A DNA stretch of 16,371 bases from Candidatus Thorarchaeota archaeon. GTDB taxonomy: Archaea > Asgardarchaeota > Thorarchaeia > Thorarchaeales > Thorarchaeaceae. This document shows positions 14,076 through 16,371 of the stretch, one piece after another (the stretch's first letter is position 1; every line of letters starts with the position of its first letter). The DNA lies in contig SDNP01000046.1 of assembly GCA_004524445.1 (NCBI GenBank), forward strand, positions 1-16,371. Reading direction: 5' to 3'. The position numbers and the translations under genes are program-made. Below the pieces are notes generated by a model. The model had not been told where the DNA came from. It saw only the letters and a program-made list of their open reading frames with translations, and searched no databases.

Positions 14076-16371
14076 TCAGCCAGTTCCACCAAGGTAGAGT
14101 GCTGCAAGCTCTTGGTCACCTTTGTACTGGGGTTCTTGATCGCGACTCAGACGTTGTCTATTGTCCCACATACTTCGTGCTAGTAAGTCTGCTGTCTTCG
14201 CCCTTCTGTCAACACTCTGAGCTGCCTGCGAATCTCCCACTTCCTGAAACGCCTGTGCTGCTACGTTATAATTGCCCACCGCTTCTCTGAGCATATCTTT
14301 GGCATCATCGTAATGCCTTTGTGCCTTAGTATTCTGTCCCCGCCTTGACATGAACTCTGCAATGAAATCGCTCCGCGCACCCTGGAGTCGAGATAAATCT
14401 CCTTGGAACTTCATTACGACTGCCTTTAGCTGTTTCACTTGAACGTCTACATTGTTCTTCTTACGAATTATTTCTCCTTCTACACTGTCGAGTGCTTTCG
14501 AGGCTTCATCAAATGAAGCAATAGCATGCCGTATCCTTAGAATTGCCTCATCATGAACATTGACTCCCTTCTCAATAGTGTCATTCTCTTCCAATTCCAG
14601 TATCGCATCATCGATATTTTGGATTATATTGCCTCTCTCAATCTGCGATCGAAAGGCCCACTGCTCCGATTGTCTTGCGAACACCTGTGCTTCCGAGGCA
14701 TAGGCAGTGGCAAGCGCGAGCTTGCCCAAATCCGTCAATTCTTCGGCTGTTTCATCCTTTCCCAGTATCTTGTAGTACTTGGCTGCATCAGCTGCATGAA
14801 GATTCTCCAAAATCCGGGACATGATGAATTTCACACCATGTTGCAGATTTGAGCTTAGTTGAAACTGGATTACATACTTCGCATTACTGAGTATCGCTCG
14901 CGTTCTATTTCTAAGAAGAGTGACCTCTTCGTCTTCCGAGTCAAGATTCAGCAGAATACCAAGACTATTCAGTGCTTCACGGATTGAGTCGAGAGCATCA
15001 GATGGTTCATCTGATAATTGATTACTTGCATCATCTAGGAATTTATTCACATCCTGTATTAGCCCTGTCTTTCTAAGGTCCTTTGCAAAGTCTATCTGTT
15101 CAGCGATGCTGCTGGCTTTTCTCTCCTTTTTATTCATCAAATCTTCAACATATGAAATGATTCTGAGGTCTTCCTTAATCGCTGAAATGAGTTCCCTGCT
15201 TCCAGCCAACTTTTCAGCCTTTTTCAAATTCTTAGCAATATCTCCGAGAACCTCTTGGGCTCCATCAATATTCTCTACTTCAAGAAGGTCCGATAGCACC
15301 TTCAAGGAGGTTTCAGCTTTGCAAAACAGGGCTTGGGATTTCCGATGATTTTTGTCCTTCCCGGATTGCTCTGCATTCCTTCTCAGAGCTATAACTTCAT
15401 TGAAAACAGATTCAGCTCGGGCAAATGCATCAGATGATGATTGATAGAGCTTTGCAGCGTCTTCCAAATTACCATCTCTCAGTTGAGTGTCAGCGATATC
15501 ATCGTAGGTCATAGCGAGGTACACCTCACTAAGCCCCGCAGTATTGTGTTTCCATGATTTTATCCTTGAAATGATGGCCTCGTTGCCTTTTCCTCCCTTC
15601 TCCAAATCGGCTAATGCTTCATTGTAGAGGTCAGTTGCCTGCTCGAATATGAACGAGCTAAGGATATCTCTCCAAACAATCTCGTCAAAGGGATTGAATG
15701 CCTGCCGGAATGTACTCTCTTCTTGTATGAGCTCATTGAGAAACTCATCATAGAATTCTGCCTCTGCCGCCTTATTCTTGCCCAGAACAGTCGCCAACTC
15801 TTCTTCGTTCTTACTGGGAGATTCTTCTAGGAGGCTATAGGCCTTGTACCCTAATGCCACTCGCCTTAGTTTCTGCGTACCGTCAACTTTTGAAGGAACT
15901 GCATTAAATGACCTTTCGAGCATGGTATAGACAGAAGCAAGAAATGTGGATGCTTTTTCCACCTTGTCCGCATGTTCCTTCTCGACAAAGGGGCCACTAG
16001 CAGCAGCTGCTTGATGCAACCATGCCATGACTTTGGCCATCCAAATCTCGGATAGACTTTCTTGGACCTGTTCCTGAAGCTGTTTCATTGCCTCTTCGAG
16101 TTGTTCGCGAGCTTCTCCTTCGGCCTGTATCAATCGGTTCCTCAAGTATGCAATGTCAAAGTCTTGACCCATTATTCTCTCACCGAGGGATGCCGTAGCA
16201 TTGTAGAGCTGGGTAAATGCATCATGCATAGCAATCCGTTTGTTTTCGAGTTCCTGTGTATCATCAATATCATGGAGTGCAAAGTCAAAGACTGCATCTT
16301 GGGATGCCTTGTTCAATTCAAAGAGGTGCTTGGTATAAACCTCAATTTCATCTGAATTTGTATCTGTCTTC
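14076..16371 (-). CDS. Large all-alpha helical (TPR/SNAP-like solenoid) hypothetical protein, 5'-truncated
   Basis: The frame stays open upstream of the TTG at 16316 (KTDTNSDEIEVYTKHLFE-L...) to the window edge, so the true start is outside. The sequence is Ala/Glu/Leu/Lys-rich and Pro-poor, with recurring A..Y..A...F helices. Confidence 0.85.
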   Translation of the reverse strand, partial: KTDTNSDEIEVYTKHLFELNKASQDAVFDFALHDIDDTQELENKRIAMHDAFTQLYNATASLGERIMGQDFDIAYLRNRLIQAEGEAREQLEEAMKQLQEQVQESLSEIWMAKVMAWLHQAAAASGPFVEKEHADKVEKASTFLASVYTMLERSFNAVPSKVDGTQKLRRVALGYKAYSLLEESPSKNEEELATVLGKNKAAEAEFYDEFLNELIQEESTFRQAFNPFDEIVWRDILSSFIFEQATDLYNEALADLEKGGKGNEAIISRIKSWKHNTAGLSEVYLAMTYDDIADTQLRDGNLEDAAKLYQSSSDAFARAESVFNEVIALRRNAEQSGKDKNHRKSQALFCKAETSLKVLSDLLEVENIDGAQEVLGDIAKNLKKAEKLAGSRELISAIKEDLRIISYVEDLMNKKERKASSIAEQIDFAKDLRKTGLIQDVNKFLDDASNQLSDEPSDALDSIREALNSLGILLNLDSEDEEVTLLRNRTRAILSNAKYVIQFQLSSNLQHGVKFIMSRILENLHAADAAKYYKILGKDETAEELTDLGKLALATAYASEAQVFARQSEQWAFRSQIERGNIIQNIDDAILELEENDTIEKGVNVHDEAILRIRHAIASFDEASKALDSVEGEIIRKKNNVDVQVKQLKAVVMKFQGDLSRLQGARSDFIAEFMSRRGQNTKAQRHYDDAKDMLREAVGNYNVAAQAFQEVGDSQAAQSVDRRAKTADLLARSMWDNRQRLSRDQEPQYKGDQELAALYLGGTG

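Noticed and set aside
1-16371. CRISPR arrays, tRNA/rRNA genes, transposases, integrases, known defence systems
   Set aside because: No regularly spaced direct repeats, cloverleaf or rRNA signatures, or such protein motifs were seen by eye. A tRNAscan/Infernal run would be needed to exclude small RNAs.

Overview
Gene-dense archaeal-type window. The likely source is an Asgard archaeon (Thorarchaeota-like); this is inferred from a stand-alone longin-fold protein and the general gene repertoire, not shown directly. Gene order: a truncated Cys-rich Fe-S/ferredoxin-type gene (-); FabG-like SDR; a MinD/ParA-family ATPase with a non-canonical KGGTGR Walker A, translationally coupled (TAATG) to a longin + winged-helix fusion protein; a bacterial-type peptide deformylase; a 1003-aa UPF0182 membrane protein with an inserted coiled-coil/SHOCT-like segment; NDP-sugar epimerase (-); small GIY-YIG nuclease; a secreted, C-terminally anchored caspase/legumain-fold protease; a hypothetical membrane protein (-); an FGGY sugar kinase convergent with a LarA-family racemase/epimerase; a decayed small membrane-protein gene missed by the ORF track (12969-13298); a 4-TM protein (-); and a >764-aa all-helical TPR/SNAP-like protein running off the right edge. 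No rRNA, tRNA, CRISPR array or transposase was recognised. The best candidate for an undescribed system is the MinD-variant/longin-wHTH pair. All family assignments come from motif recognition by eye; no database searches were run.
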